DNA of 64,000 bases, taken from assembly GCA_003218475.1 (NCBI GenBank), contig QHNR01000106.1, forward strand, positions 1,388 to 65,387, written 5' to 3'. Source of the DNA: Verrucomicrobiota bacterium (lineage in GTDB: Bacteria; Verrucomicrobiota; Verrucomicrobiia; Chthoniobacterales; UBA10450). Below the pieces are notes generated by a model. The model was not told where the DNA came from, ran no database searches, and saw nothing but the letters and a program-made list of their open reading frames with translations. The translations under genes were made by a program, and so were the position numbers. Of this stretch, positions 1 to 8,530 are shown in pieces. Each line of letters starts with the position of its first letter. Position 1 is the first letter of the stretch.

Positions 1-1
1 C

Positions 2-1501
2 AAAGTGGAGGGCGGAGCTCCTGCGACGCCGGGCTCGGGGGAGCTCGCCCCTCCACGCCAAACTGGAAATGCTGCGCCAGAACGTTCGTATCAAATCATC
101 AACAAAACTGTTTCGATTTCGCTCGATGAATCATTGCGGATGGAGCTGGACGCGATCGTCGATCTCGGTAAAAAGGAATCGACGCAGAACTTGATTCGGA
201 ATTTTTTTCTGGCGGAAAAATACAAGAAGGGCACTCCGTCGCGGACGGCAACCGAAAGAGTCATACACGCCGCTGTGATCGGCGCTGGCGTGATGGGCTC
301 GGGCATCGCGCAATGGCTCAGCTCCCGTGGCGTCACCGTAATCCTGCGCGACATCGCGCGAGAACAGATCGACCGCGGTCTGGCGAACATTGAGAAAACT
401 TATGCCGGCGCAGTGAAGCGCGGCTTGATGACCGAAGAAAAGGCAAAGCAGGGTCGCGCCCGAATCTGTGGTTCCACCGCGCCGATGGAATTGCGCGATG
501 TGCGATTCGTCATCGAAGCCGCCTCGGAGAAGATGAACATCAAGAAAGAAGTTTTCCGAGAGCTGGCGATGGAAGCCGGGCCGAAAACCATCGTGGCCAC
601 AAACACTTCAGCGCTTCCCGTAAGTGAGCTAGCCGATGTGACGGTTTCGCCCGAGCACGTGATCGGAATGCATTTCTTTAATCCGGTGAGCCGGATGAAG
701 CTCGTGGAGGTTGTTATTGCAAAACAGACTTCAGACGAGACGCGCGAGCGCACGCTGGCCTTTGCTCGACAAATCGGAAAACTGCCGGTAGTCGTGCGCG
801 ACAGCCCGGGTTTCCTGGTGAACCGCGTTTTGTTTCCTTACTTGCTCGATGCCGCGCAGCTTTTCGAGAGCGGTTTGGAAGCCGACAAGATCGACAGCGC
901 GTTGGTGCAATGGGGCATGCCGATGGGGCCGATGCGGTTGATCGACGAAATTGGCGTCGATATCACCGTCGATATTGGAAACACGCTCGAAAGAGCTTAC
1001 GGGAAGCGCGACCACGTTTCCGCGGTCCTGCTTTGGTTGCGCGACCAGCAAATGCTTGGCCGCAAAACGGGCGCAGGTTTCTACAAATACGAAGGCAAAA
1101 CGCACAAACCAAACGAATCGCTGATGCAATGGCGCGTTGTAGCCGGGGGCGGTGCCCCCGGCAGGGGCGAAGGCAGCACGAAGAGCCAGCCGGCATCATC
1201 ACCGCCGGCTACAGCGGATGACATCGCGCTGCGCCTCGTGCTCGTGATGGTCAACGAGGCCGCGCGTTGCGTGGAGGAGAAGGTAGTCGATTCGCCGGAG
1301 GACGCGGATTATGGAATGATTTTGGGGACGGGCTTCACGCCCTTCCGAGGCGGACCATTACGTTTCGCGGAGCATTTCGGACTGAAGAAGGTTGTAGACG
1401 AATTGGAACGGCTGGCGCAAAGCGAGGAGAAATTTTCGGCCTGCGAAATTTTACGGAAACACGCCCGTGACGGAACGAAATTTTATGAGAACGGAAGATA
1501 G
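2..1501 (+). CDS. 3-hydroxyacyl-CoA dehydrogenase portion of a FadB/FadJ-like enzyme (5' end runs off the window)
   Basis: ORF 5..1501. NAD-binding motif AVIGAGVMGSGIAQW, plus HFFNP and PGFLVNR motifs typical of 3HCDH. The frame is open to the window edge, so the listed GTG is probably internal. A low-complexity insert (GGGAPGRGEGSTKSQPASSPP) lies before the C-terminal domain. Confidence 0.85.
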   Translation, partial: KVEGGAPATPGSGELAPPRQTGNAAPERSYQIINKTVSISLDESLRMELDAIVDLGKKESTQNLIRNFFLAEKYKKGTPSRTATERVIHAAVIGAGVMGSGIAQWLSSRGVTVILRDIAREQIDRGLANIEKTYAGAVKRGLMTEEKAKQGRARICGSTAPMELRDVRFVIEAASEKMNIKKEVFRELAMEAGPKTIVATNTSALPVSELADVTVSPEHVIGMHFFNPVSRMKLVEVVIAKQTSDETRERTLAFARQIGKLPVVVRDSPGFLVNRVLFPYLLDAAQLFESGLEADKIDSALVQWGMPMGPMRLIDEIGVDITVDIGNTLERAYGKRDHVSAVLLWLRDQQMLGRKTGAGFYKYEGKTHKPNESLMQWRVVAGGGAPGRGEGSTKSQPASSPPATADDIALRLVLVMVNEAARCVEEKVVDSPEDADYGMILGTGFTPFRGGPLRFAEHFGLKKVVDELERLAQSEEKFSACEILRKHARDGTKFYENGR

Positions 1502-1567
1502 GCAGCCTTGCCTGTCTCGGCAGGCTGGCAGCCTGCCAGCCGAGATAATCTGGCAGATTATCATCCT

Positions 1568-3496
1568 ATGAAATCGCCGCTCGAAGCGCCGGAGAAACAA
1601 ATCGCTGAGGAAACCAGCGCCAAGATTGAAAAGCCGGCGGCCGCTGTCATTGACACATCGAAAATGGCGAAAGGCCAGCGCGAAGCGCTCGAGCTGGCGG
1701 AAGCGGCGCGCGATCCTCTCGAGGATCGTGGAAGTTTCGCCAGCAATCTGTTCGTCGGGCGTTACGATTTCAATCGGATTTACCCGTATCCGGCGCAAAG
1801 TGCAGAAGATCGCGCCGCGGGCGAAGATTTCCTCCAGAAGCTGGAAAGTTATCTGCGCGAACATGTCGATCCGGACGAGATCGATCGCACGGGCGAAATT
1901 CCGCCCGAAAATTTCAAAGGACTCGCAGAGATCGGGGCGTTTGGAATCAAAGTTCCAAAGAAATATGGCGGCCTTGGTTTGTCGCAGTCCAACTACGGAC
2001 GCGCCGCAGTTTTGCTTGGGAGCTGGGATGGAAACGTGGCTGCGCTTGTTTCTGCGCATCAGTCGATCGGTGTTGCGCAACCTTTGCTTTTATTCGGAAC
2101 GGAAGAGCAGAAACAAAAATATCTGCCGCGCGTCGCGGGCGGCGAGATCTCTGCATTCGCGCTGACCGAAGTTCATGCGGGCTCCGACCCGGCAACACTG
2201 AGTTTGAAGGCTGAGCCAACGGCGGATGGTTCCGAGTTCGTGCTCACCGGCGAAAAACTTTGGTGCACCAACGGCGTGAAAGCGGGAGTGCTGGTCGTGA
2301 TGGCGCGAACGCCGTCAAAAATGGTGGGCGGAAAAGAGCGCAAGCAAATCACAGCGTTCATCGTTGATGTGGATACGCCGGGGCTCGAGATCGCGTATCG
2401 CTGCCGGTTCATGGGACTTCGGGCACTGTATAACGCGGTCGTAAAATTCACGGATGTGCGCATCCCCCGCCAGAACATCATCTTCAAGGAAGGCGCAGGA
2501 TTGAAAGTCGCGCTTACGACGTTGAACACCGGCCGGCTCACGTTGCCGGCTGCGTGCGTAGGCCTTTCCAAACGCCTCCTTGCAATCTCGAGGAAATGGG
2601 CGGGCGAACGCATTCAATGGGGCGTGCCGATCGGTAAACACGCCGCAATTGCTGGAAAAATTGCAGAGATGGCCGGCAACGTTTTCGCGATGGAAGCAAT
2701 GACCTTTCTCACGTCATCACTGCTCGATCGCAAGGCGGGCGATCTGCGCATCGAGACTGCGATGTGCAAGATGTGGGCAACAGAAACGACGTGGAGAATT
2801 GCGGATGACGCGATGCAGGTGCGCGGTGGCCGGGGCTACGAAACTGCGCATTCGCTGGCTGGCCGCGGCGAGCCGCCAATCGCGGTGGAAAGATTCCTTC
2901 GCGATTGTCGCGTAAACACGATCTTCGAAGGTTCGAGCGAAATCATGCGGCTTTTCATCGCGCGCGAAGCGCTGGACCCGCATCTAAAAGTCGGTGGCGC
3001 GATTTTCAATACGCAACTGCCGATGTCCGATCGTGCGAAAGCCGTTCTCAGTTCCGGAAAATTTTACGCCGGTTGGTATCCGCGCCAATGGATGCCGAAC
3101 GGCGCCGGCAAGGTCGACAATTTGCATGAAGCACTGCAGGGTCACGTCAATTACGCGGCACGAACAAGTAAGCGGCTTGCCCGCGGATTGTTTCACGCCA
3201 TGGCGCGGTTCGGTCCGAAACTCGACCGGGAGCAACTACTCCTTTCCAGATTCGTCGGGATCGCGACCGAACTGTTTGCGATCAGCGCGACATGTTCTTA
3301 CGCGCAATGGCTGCTCGGCCAGGGTAAACCAGCAGACGAAATTCTTTCCGTGGCAGATTATTTTTGCCGCTCTGCGCGAATGAGAATCGACAATTACTTT
3401 GCCGGGACCGCGCGCAACGTCGACAAACGCGGCTACGATCTCGTGCAGGAGTTGCTGGCCGGAAAACACGCGCTGTTGCGCGACGGGATCGTGTAA
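1568..3496 (+). CDS. long-form acyl-CoA dehydrogenase (about 640 aa)
   Basis: ORF 1508..3496. First ATG at 1568 (MKSPLEAP). ACAD-like blocks: ALTEVHAGSDP, LWCTNG, QVRGGRGYE, IFEGSSEIMR. Confidence 0.85.
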   Translation: MKSPLEAPEKQIAEETSAKIEKPAAAVIDTSKMAKGQREALELAEAARDPLEDRGSFASNLFVGRYDFNRIYPYPAQSAEDRAAGEDFLQKLESYLREHVDPDEIDRTGEIPPENFKGLAEIGAFGIKVPKKYGGLGLSQSNYGRAAVLLGSWDGNVAALVSAHQSIGVAQPLLLFGTEEQKQKYLPRVAGGEISAFALTEVHAGSDPATLSLKAEPTADGSEFVLTGEKLWCTNGVKAGVLVVMARTPSKMVGGKERKQITAFIVDVDTPGLEIAYRCRFMGLRALYNAVVKFTDVRIPRQNIIFKEGAGLKVALTTLNTGRLTLPAACVGLSKRLLAISRKWAGERIQWGVPIGKHAAIAGKIAEMAGNVFAMEAMTFLTSSLLDRKAGDLRIETAMCKMWATETTWRIADDAMQVRGGRGYETAHSLAGRGEPPIAVERFLRDCRVNTIFEGSSEIMRLFIAREALDPHLKVGGAIFNTQLPMSDRAKAVLSSGKFYAGWYPRQWMPNGAGKVDNLHEALQGHVNYAARTSKRLARGLFHAMARFGPKLDREQLLLSRFVGIATELFAISATCSYAQWLLGQGKPADEILSVADYFCRSARMRIDNYFAGTARNVDKRGYDLVQELLAGKHALLRDGIV

Positions 3497-3530
3497 TTGA
3501 CCGCGTTCGCGGCTCAGATTACGATCAACA

Positions 3531-4952
3531 ATGAGTATGCCGCCCGTGCTCACGGAGGCGACTTCATCTCCTGCCCGCAGTGCTACAGCGTTGCAGACGG
3601 GTCGAAGCCGCACCACAAAGAGCGAAAAAGAGAAAGTAATATCACCGTCGGAAGTCCTCGAAGAAATCGAGCAACATGTCTTGCTCGATGGTTTCAAGAT
3701 CGTCATCGATCTCGAAAAAAGTCGTGGCTCATATTTGTACAACGCCGTATCCGACAAGCGGCTCGTTGATTTCTACGGATTTTTCGGCTCGATGCCCATT
3801 GGGTTTAACCATCCGCACTTCGACAATCCCAACGTGCGCCGCGATCTTTTGCGTGCTGCGAAAGTCAAGATCGCGAACTCAGATATTTATTCCGCCGGTT
3901 ACGCGGAATTTATCAAGACGTTTGACCGCGTGGTCGGGTTTCCGCCGCTGGAACGTTATCTCTTTATCGAGGGCGGCGCGCTCGCGGTCGAGAATTGTTT
4001 AAAGGCGGCGATGGACTGGAAAATTCGCAAGAACATGGCTGCTGGCCACGGCGAGCGCGGCACACAGGTATTGCATTTTCGTCACGCGTTTCACGGGCGA
4101 AGCGGCTACACCATGAGCCTTACCAATACCGATCCGCGTAAGACGGATTTGTTCGCGAAATTCGATTGGCCTCGCGTCTCGTGTCCACACATCGATTTTT
4201 CATTGCCGGAATCGAAGCGCGAAGCCGATGTGATCGAGCGCGAACAGCAAGCCGAGCGCGAGATTCGCGAGTTCATCGAGCAGCGCCGGATCGATATTTG
4301 CGCGCTTATTATCGAGCCAATCCAAGGCGAGGGAGGCGATAACCATTTCCGGGGCGAGTGGCTGCAAACATTACGAAAAATCTGCGACCAAAACGATCTC
4401 CTCCTGATATTCGACGAAGTGCAATGTGGTATGGGTGTGACTGGTCGCAATTGGTGCTGCGAACATTTCGATGTTGTGCCCGATCTCCTCGCATTTGGGA
4501 AAAAGGCACAAGTCTGCGGGGTGATGGCGGGTCCGCGTATCGATGAAGTAAAAGACAACGCCTTTCGCTTACCTAGCCGTTTGAATTCCACCTGGGGTGG
4601 AAATTTCACCGACATGGTGCGCTCGACCAATTACCTGCGCATTATCGAGGAGGAACATCTTGTGGAGAACGCAGCGAAGGTAGGCGCATATTTTCTTGAC
4701 CGATTACGTGAGTTGCAACGGGCGGAGCCGCTAATTTCGGCCGCGCGTGGACGTGGATTATTTCTCGCCTTCGATTTGCCCGATGCGAAAACGCGCGAGC
4801 AGTTTTGGCACGGCTTCTTCGACCGCGGCGTCTTGACTCTTCGTTCGGGTGAGAACTCGATTCGTTTTCGTCCCGCGCTCGATATTACCGCTGACGTGAT
4901 TGATGAAGCGATGGAACTGATGCGCAAATTTTGCAGGCGCAGAAAAAGGTAG
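3531..4952 (+). CDS. lat: L-lysine 6-transaminase-like class III aminotransferase
   Basis: HVLLDGFKIVIDLEKSRGSYLYN...FFGSMPIGFNHPHF resembles actinobacterial lysine epsilon-aminotransferase. Class III blocks: LLIFDEVQCGMGVTG, AFGKK. Confidence 0.7.
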   Translation: MSMPPVLTEATSSPARSATALQTGRSRTTKSEKEKVISPSEVLEEIEQHVLLDGFKIVIDLEKSRGSYLYNAVSDKRLVDFYGFFGSMPIGFNHPHFDNPNVRRDLLRAAKVKIANSDIYSAGYAEFIKTFDRVVGFPPLERYLFIEGGALAVENCLKAAMDWKIRKNMAAGHGERGTQVLHFRHAFHGRSGYTMSLTNTDPRKTDLFAKFDWPRVSCPHIDFSLPESKREADVIEREQQAEREIREFIEQRRIDICALIIEPIQGEGGDNHFRGEWLQTLRKICDQNDLLLIFDEVQCGMGVTGRNWCCEHFDVVPDLLAFGKKAQVCGVMAGPRIDEVKDNAFRLPSRLNSTWGGNFTDMVRSTNYLRIIEEEHLVENAAKVGAYFLDRLRELQRAEPLISAARGRGLFLAFDLPDAKTREQFWHGFFDRGVLTLRSGENSIRFRPALDITADVIDEAMELMRKFCRRRKR

Positions 4953-5014
4953 CGCATGCGTCCCGCTTGCGCTTCAGCAATGTCGCAAGCCAGAGGCTCG
5001 CGCTACATTTGAGA

Positions 5015-6550
5015 ATGCAACCAGTTTTAGAGAAACTCGGCATCGCGGATGACAACCCCGGTGTCTTCGATGGGGAATGGTGCGGTGGCGGCGCGAAGAT
5101 CAGCAAAGTTTCGCCGATTGACGGTCGACGCCTCGCCAGCGTGCATACCGCGTCAGATGAAGATTACAACCGAGCGATCACGCGGGCGCAGGAAGCGTTC
5201 TCGAAATGGCGCGTAACGCCGGCGCCGGTGCGCGGCGAAACGGTTCGCCGTCTGGGTAACGCGCTGCGCGAATTGAAACACGAACTCGGCCAGCTCGTGA
5301 CGCTCGAGACGGGAAAAATCATCGCTGAAGGCGAAGGCGAAGTGCAGGAAATGATCGACATCTGCGGCCTCGCCGTTGGTCAGTCGCGCATGCTTTACGG
5401 ACTAACGATCCAGTCGGAGCGCCCGAGTCACCGGCTGATGGAACAATGGCATCCGCTCGGCGTCGTCGCAGTAATAACCGCATTTAATTTTCCTGTCGCA
5501 GTTTGGTCATGGAACGCTGCGCTCGCTGCTGTCTGCGGTGATGCCACGGTTTGGAAGCCGTCCGAAAAAACGCCACTCACCGCAATCGCTGTAACAAAAA
5601 TTTCCGAGCGCGTTTGCCGGGAAACTGGAGCCGATCCAGCAATCTTTACGTTGCTCATCGGTGATCGCAAAACAGTTGGCCAAAAACTAGCGGATGATCC
5701 GCGGATTCCTTTGGTCTCAGCCACTGGTTCGGTGAACATGGGTTTGAATGTTGCGAAAACCGTTCATGGCCGTCTCGGTAGAACAATCATGGAACTCGGC
5801 GGCAACAACGCGCTTATCGTCGCGCCGAGCGCCGACCTGGATATGGCCACGCAATCGATCTTCTTCGGCGCAGTCGGGACTGCCGGCCAACGCTGCACTT
5901 CGACGCGACGCGTGATCATGCACGAATCAGTTGCCCCAAAGGTTCGAAACAAACTTTTGGCTGCATACAAATCTTTGGCGATCGGCAATCCGCTCGATGA
6001 CAAAACGGTGATGGGACCGCTCATCGATAAGAACGCGGTCGATCTTGTCCAACATTCGATCCAGCGATTGAAAGATGAAGGTGGCGAAATGCTCTATGGC
6101 GGAGAGCGCCTCACCGTCCCCGGCGACTGTTACATGAAGCCGTGCCTCGCGGCCGCAAAACCCGATTTCGAGATCGTGAAGCACGAAACGTTTGGGCCGT
6201 TGCTTTACTTGATGACGTATCGCGATTTCAACGAAGCGATCGCGATCCACAATAACGTGCCGCAAGGATTGACCTCATCCATTTTCAGCAACGATGTGCG
6301 CGAAGCGGAGAAATTCGTTAGTGCAGTGGGCAGCGACTGCGGAATTGCCAATGTAAATACGGGCACAAGCGGTGCAGAGATCGGCGGTGCGTTCGGCGGC
6401 GAGAAAAATACCGGCGGCGGTCGCGAAAGCGGCAGCGATTCCTGGAAGTATTACATGCGACGCCAGACCAACACGATTAACTTTTCCTCGGAGCTGCCGC
6501 TGGCACAGGGAATTCAATTCGGCGCGGGTGAAGGAAGCGGGACGGCGTGA
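5015..6550 (+). CDS. ALDH7-type aldehyde dehydrogenase (alpha-aminoadipic semialdehyde / piperideine-6-carboxylate dehydrogenase-like)
   Basis: ORF 4931..6550, with a likely ATG at 5015 (MQPVLEKLGI). GVFDGEWCGGG N-terminus, EGEGEVQEMIDICG, FNFPVAVWSWN, ELGGNN, GQRCTSTRR. Sits directly downstream of the lat-like gene. Confidence 0.8.
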   Translation: MQPVLEKLGIADDNPGVFDGEWCGGGAKISKVSPIDGRRLASVHTASDEDYNRAITRAQEAFSKWRVTPAPVRGETVRRLGNALRELKHELGQLVTLETGKIIAEGEGEVQEMIDICGLAVGQSRMLYGLTIQSERPSHRLMEQWHPLGVVAVITAFNFPVAVWSWNAALAAVCGDATVWKPSEKTPLTAIAVTKISERVCRETGADPAIFTLLIGDRKTVGQKLADDPRIPLVSATGSVNMGLNVAKTVHGRLGRTIMELGGNNALIVAPSADLDMATQSIFFGAVGTAGQRCTSTRRVIMHESVAPKVRNKLLAAYKSLAIGNPLDDKTVMGPLIDKNAVDLVQHSIQRLKDEGGEMLYGGERLTVPGDCYMKPCLAAAKPDFEIVKHETFGPLLYLMTYRDFNEAIAIHNNVPQGLTSSIFSNDVREAEKFVSAVGSDCGIANVNTGTSGAEIGGAFGGEKNTGGGRESGSDSWKYYMRRQTNTINFSSELPLAQGIQFGAGEGSGTA

Positions 6551-6551
6551 T

Positions 6552-6690
6552 CTGGGGAGCACAGGCTGCTAGCCTGTAGTTGCCGGCAACCTTGCCGGCA
6601 ACATGTTTCCGCACGCAATCACGAGGCGAAACGGTTTCCCGGTCTCGGCAAGCTGCCGAGACCTACAGGCTAGCAGCCTGTGCTCCCCAG
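6552..6690. repeat. large palindromic intergenic element E1 (perfect 28-bp inverted arms, nested hairpins)
   Basis: Arm ctggggagcacaggctgctagcctgtag at 6552-6579 and its exact reverse complement at 6663-6690. Internal palindromes: ttgccggcaa x2 (6580-6601) and a 10-bp stem ggtctcggca/tgccgagacc (about 6640-6662). Lies between convergent genes. Confidence 0.9.
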
Positions 6691-6692
6691 AA

Positions 6693-6715
6693 ACACGCGA
6701 GGCGGTGCGCTCCCC
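6693..6715. repeat. half-site of the GGGGAGCGCAC...CTCGCGTG repeat family
   Basis: acacgcgaggcggtgcgctcccc resembles the right arms at 42151-42180 and 48807-48835. It abuts the stop codon of the MmgE/PrpD gene. Confidence 0.6.
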
Positions 6716-6717
6716 AA

Positions 6718-8187
6718 TCAGCGCGCCGTAGTCAGCTCAAGAAGTTCATCCAGCTGCTCAGCAGCCTCTAAATTCATGATGCGCTTCCGCAATTTCTCGC
6801 ATTGATCTTTGCCGATCACGTCGCTGCCGAGCGCGTTGAATTTCACCGCGATTTCATCTTCGGTCATCGGATCGCGCGCATCCCCCTTGGGAACATCGAC
6901 CCGCGTTGAATATGATTTGCCTTCGTTTGTGGTGATCGTCACGCGGCTCGGCTGAAATTTTGGAAACAGCGCTTCGAACTCTTCATTTGCGACCACTTTC
7001 ACTTTGTCCATGATTGGGATCAGCGATTGATCGTCCACACGCTCTTCCCGGAATTGCAGCGGCGTCACCATGCCGTCCACCAATCCGACGGCGATGCAGT
7101 AAGGAAGCGAATGATCGGCAGTCTCCTTGGAATCCGGCCGGTACTTGTGAGGGTCCCCCAGGATGTCGGCGGCGCGCGCGATCACTTCGACTTTGATCTC
7201 TTTCACATCGTCGGCCTTGATGTTGTTATCCTTCACCGTCTTCATCATTGCGGTGAGCGGCGAATGACTAAGCGCTTCAATCGGAAAGCTCTTCATCCCG
7301 CAATCGAGAATCCGATAGTGCGATGTCGGCGACGTCGGCAGGTCCTTGACCAATGCCTCACCGTCGAAAGTCGCCGGTTGTCCTTTGTATTGCACGTGAC
7401 TGAACACGGCGAACAAGCCTTCCTTGCCGTCAATGATGTGTTCGGGACCCGAAAATCCTTCGCGCGCCAGCAGCGCGCTCTCGACACCCATGCGTCCCGC
7501 CCATGGATCGACCGTATTTTTCATATTCGTCAGCTTGCCCGCGGTCACCGCACCCGGGCAAAATGTCCGTGATGCGCTAATGCCAATGGCGGACACCATC
7601 TGCTCAGGCGTGAGCTTCAGCGCACGACCGGCCGCGACCGGCGCAGCAAACGCGCTCAAGGTGGCGTGATGCCACCCATATTCGCGCACACCTGGCCGCC
7701 CGATTTCGCAAAGACGCATTTCGATTTCGTAGGCGATGACCGTGGCGAGAATTAGATCTTTGCCGCTGAGACCTTCGCTTTCACACAGTGCCAGCGGCGC
7801 CGCGATGAGATCACTCGGGTGACATGGATCGGCTTTCCAATAAATGTCGTTGTAATCCATCGCGCGGATCATGTGGCCGTTCAAAAACGCCGCATCGACT
7901 GGATTCGTTTTGAAACCGGAAACAAATGCGGTCGCTTTGCTCCCGCATGCGGGACGGTCCCCGCCAACGGACGAGTCCGCCGTGGCGGACATCGCGCGGT
8001 AATGTTTCAACAAGATCTTAGCGTCCTCCTGCTGACTACCACCCAGCGCGCAGCCGATGGAATCGAACCAGAATAATTTCGCTGCCTGAATTGCCTCCGG
8101 TGAAAGATCTTCGTATTGCAACGCGCAAGCCCAGTTGGCGATTACATGCGAGAGGAGACGTTTTGATTGAGTTGATATTTGCGCCAT
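6718..8187 (-). CDS. MmgE/PrpD family protein (2-methylcitrate dehydratase family)
   Basis: 489-aa ORF with an MmgE/PrpD-like layout: LLSHVIANWA...DSIGCALGG, GWHHATL, ADHSLPYC. Confidence 0.8.
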   Translation of the reverse strand: MAQISTQSKRLLSHVIANWACALQYEDLSPEAIQAAKLFWFDSIGCALGGSQQEDAKILLKHYRAMSATADSSVGGDRPACGSKATAFVSGFKTNPVDAAFLNGHMIRAMDYNDIYWKADPCHPSDLIAAPLALCESEGLSGKDLILATVIAYEIEMRLCEIGRPGVREYGWHHATLSAFAAPVAAGRALKLTPEQMVSAIGISASRTFCPGAVTAGKLTNMKNTVDPWAGRMGVESALLAREGFSGPEHIIDGKEGLFAVFSHVQYKGQPATFDGEALVKDLPTSPTSHYRILDCGMKSFPIEALSHSPLTAMMKTVKDNNIKADDVKEIKVEVIARAADILGDPHKYRPDSKETADHSLPYCIAVGLVDGMVTPLQFREERVDDQSLIPIMDKVKVVANEEFEALFPKFQPSRVTITTNEGKSYSTRVDVPKGDARDPMTEDEIAVKFNALGSDVIGKDQCEKLRKRIMNLEAAEQLDELLELTTAR

Positions 8188-8530
8188 AACGATGTCGATT
8201 TTTGAAATTTAGTGAGCTTGACCGGACTGTGCCGTTTTTCAAGCCGCTTCCCCTCGTGAAGAACTGCGCCCAAATACCTTCGCAATTGGCACTGGGTTCA
8301 ACTAACGGCTCCGCCATGACTCTTCCTTGTAATAAATCGAGCCTATGGCAGAAGCAGCGCGCATGAACACGCGCGGGGGGAGCGCATGTGTAGGCGGTCA
8401 CGCAGTCCGCCGCGGCGGACTGGCGCGACCCCGAAAGTTTTCGGGGGAGCGACCAATCCTTAGGATGCAAATGTTGACGATTTACGGTATTGCTAACCGT
8501 TGAAACGGACTTCCAAGGGATGAAAAAAAA

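Noticed and set aside
5-90. GTG at position 5 as the true start of the first gene
   Set aside because: The frame is open to the window edge. The first ~70 residues look like the end of an upstream (enoyl-CoA hydratase-type) domain or linker, so the gene is more likely 5'-truncated by the window.
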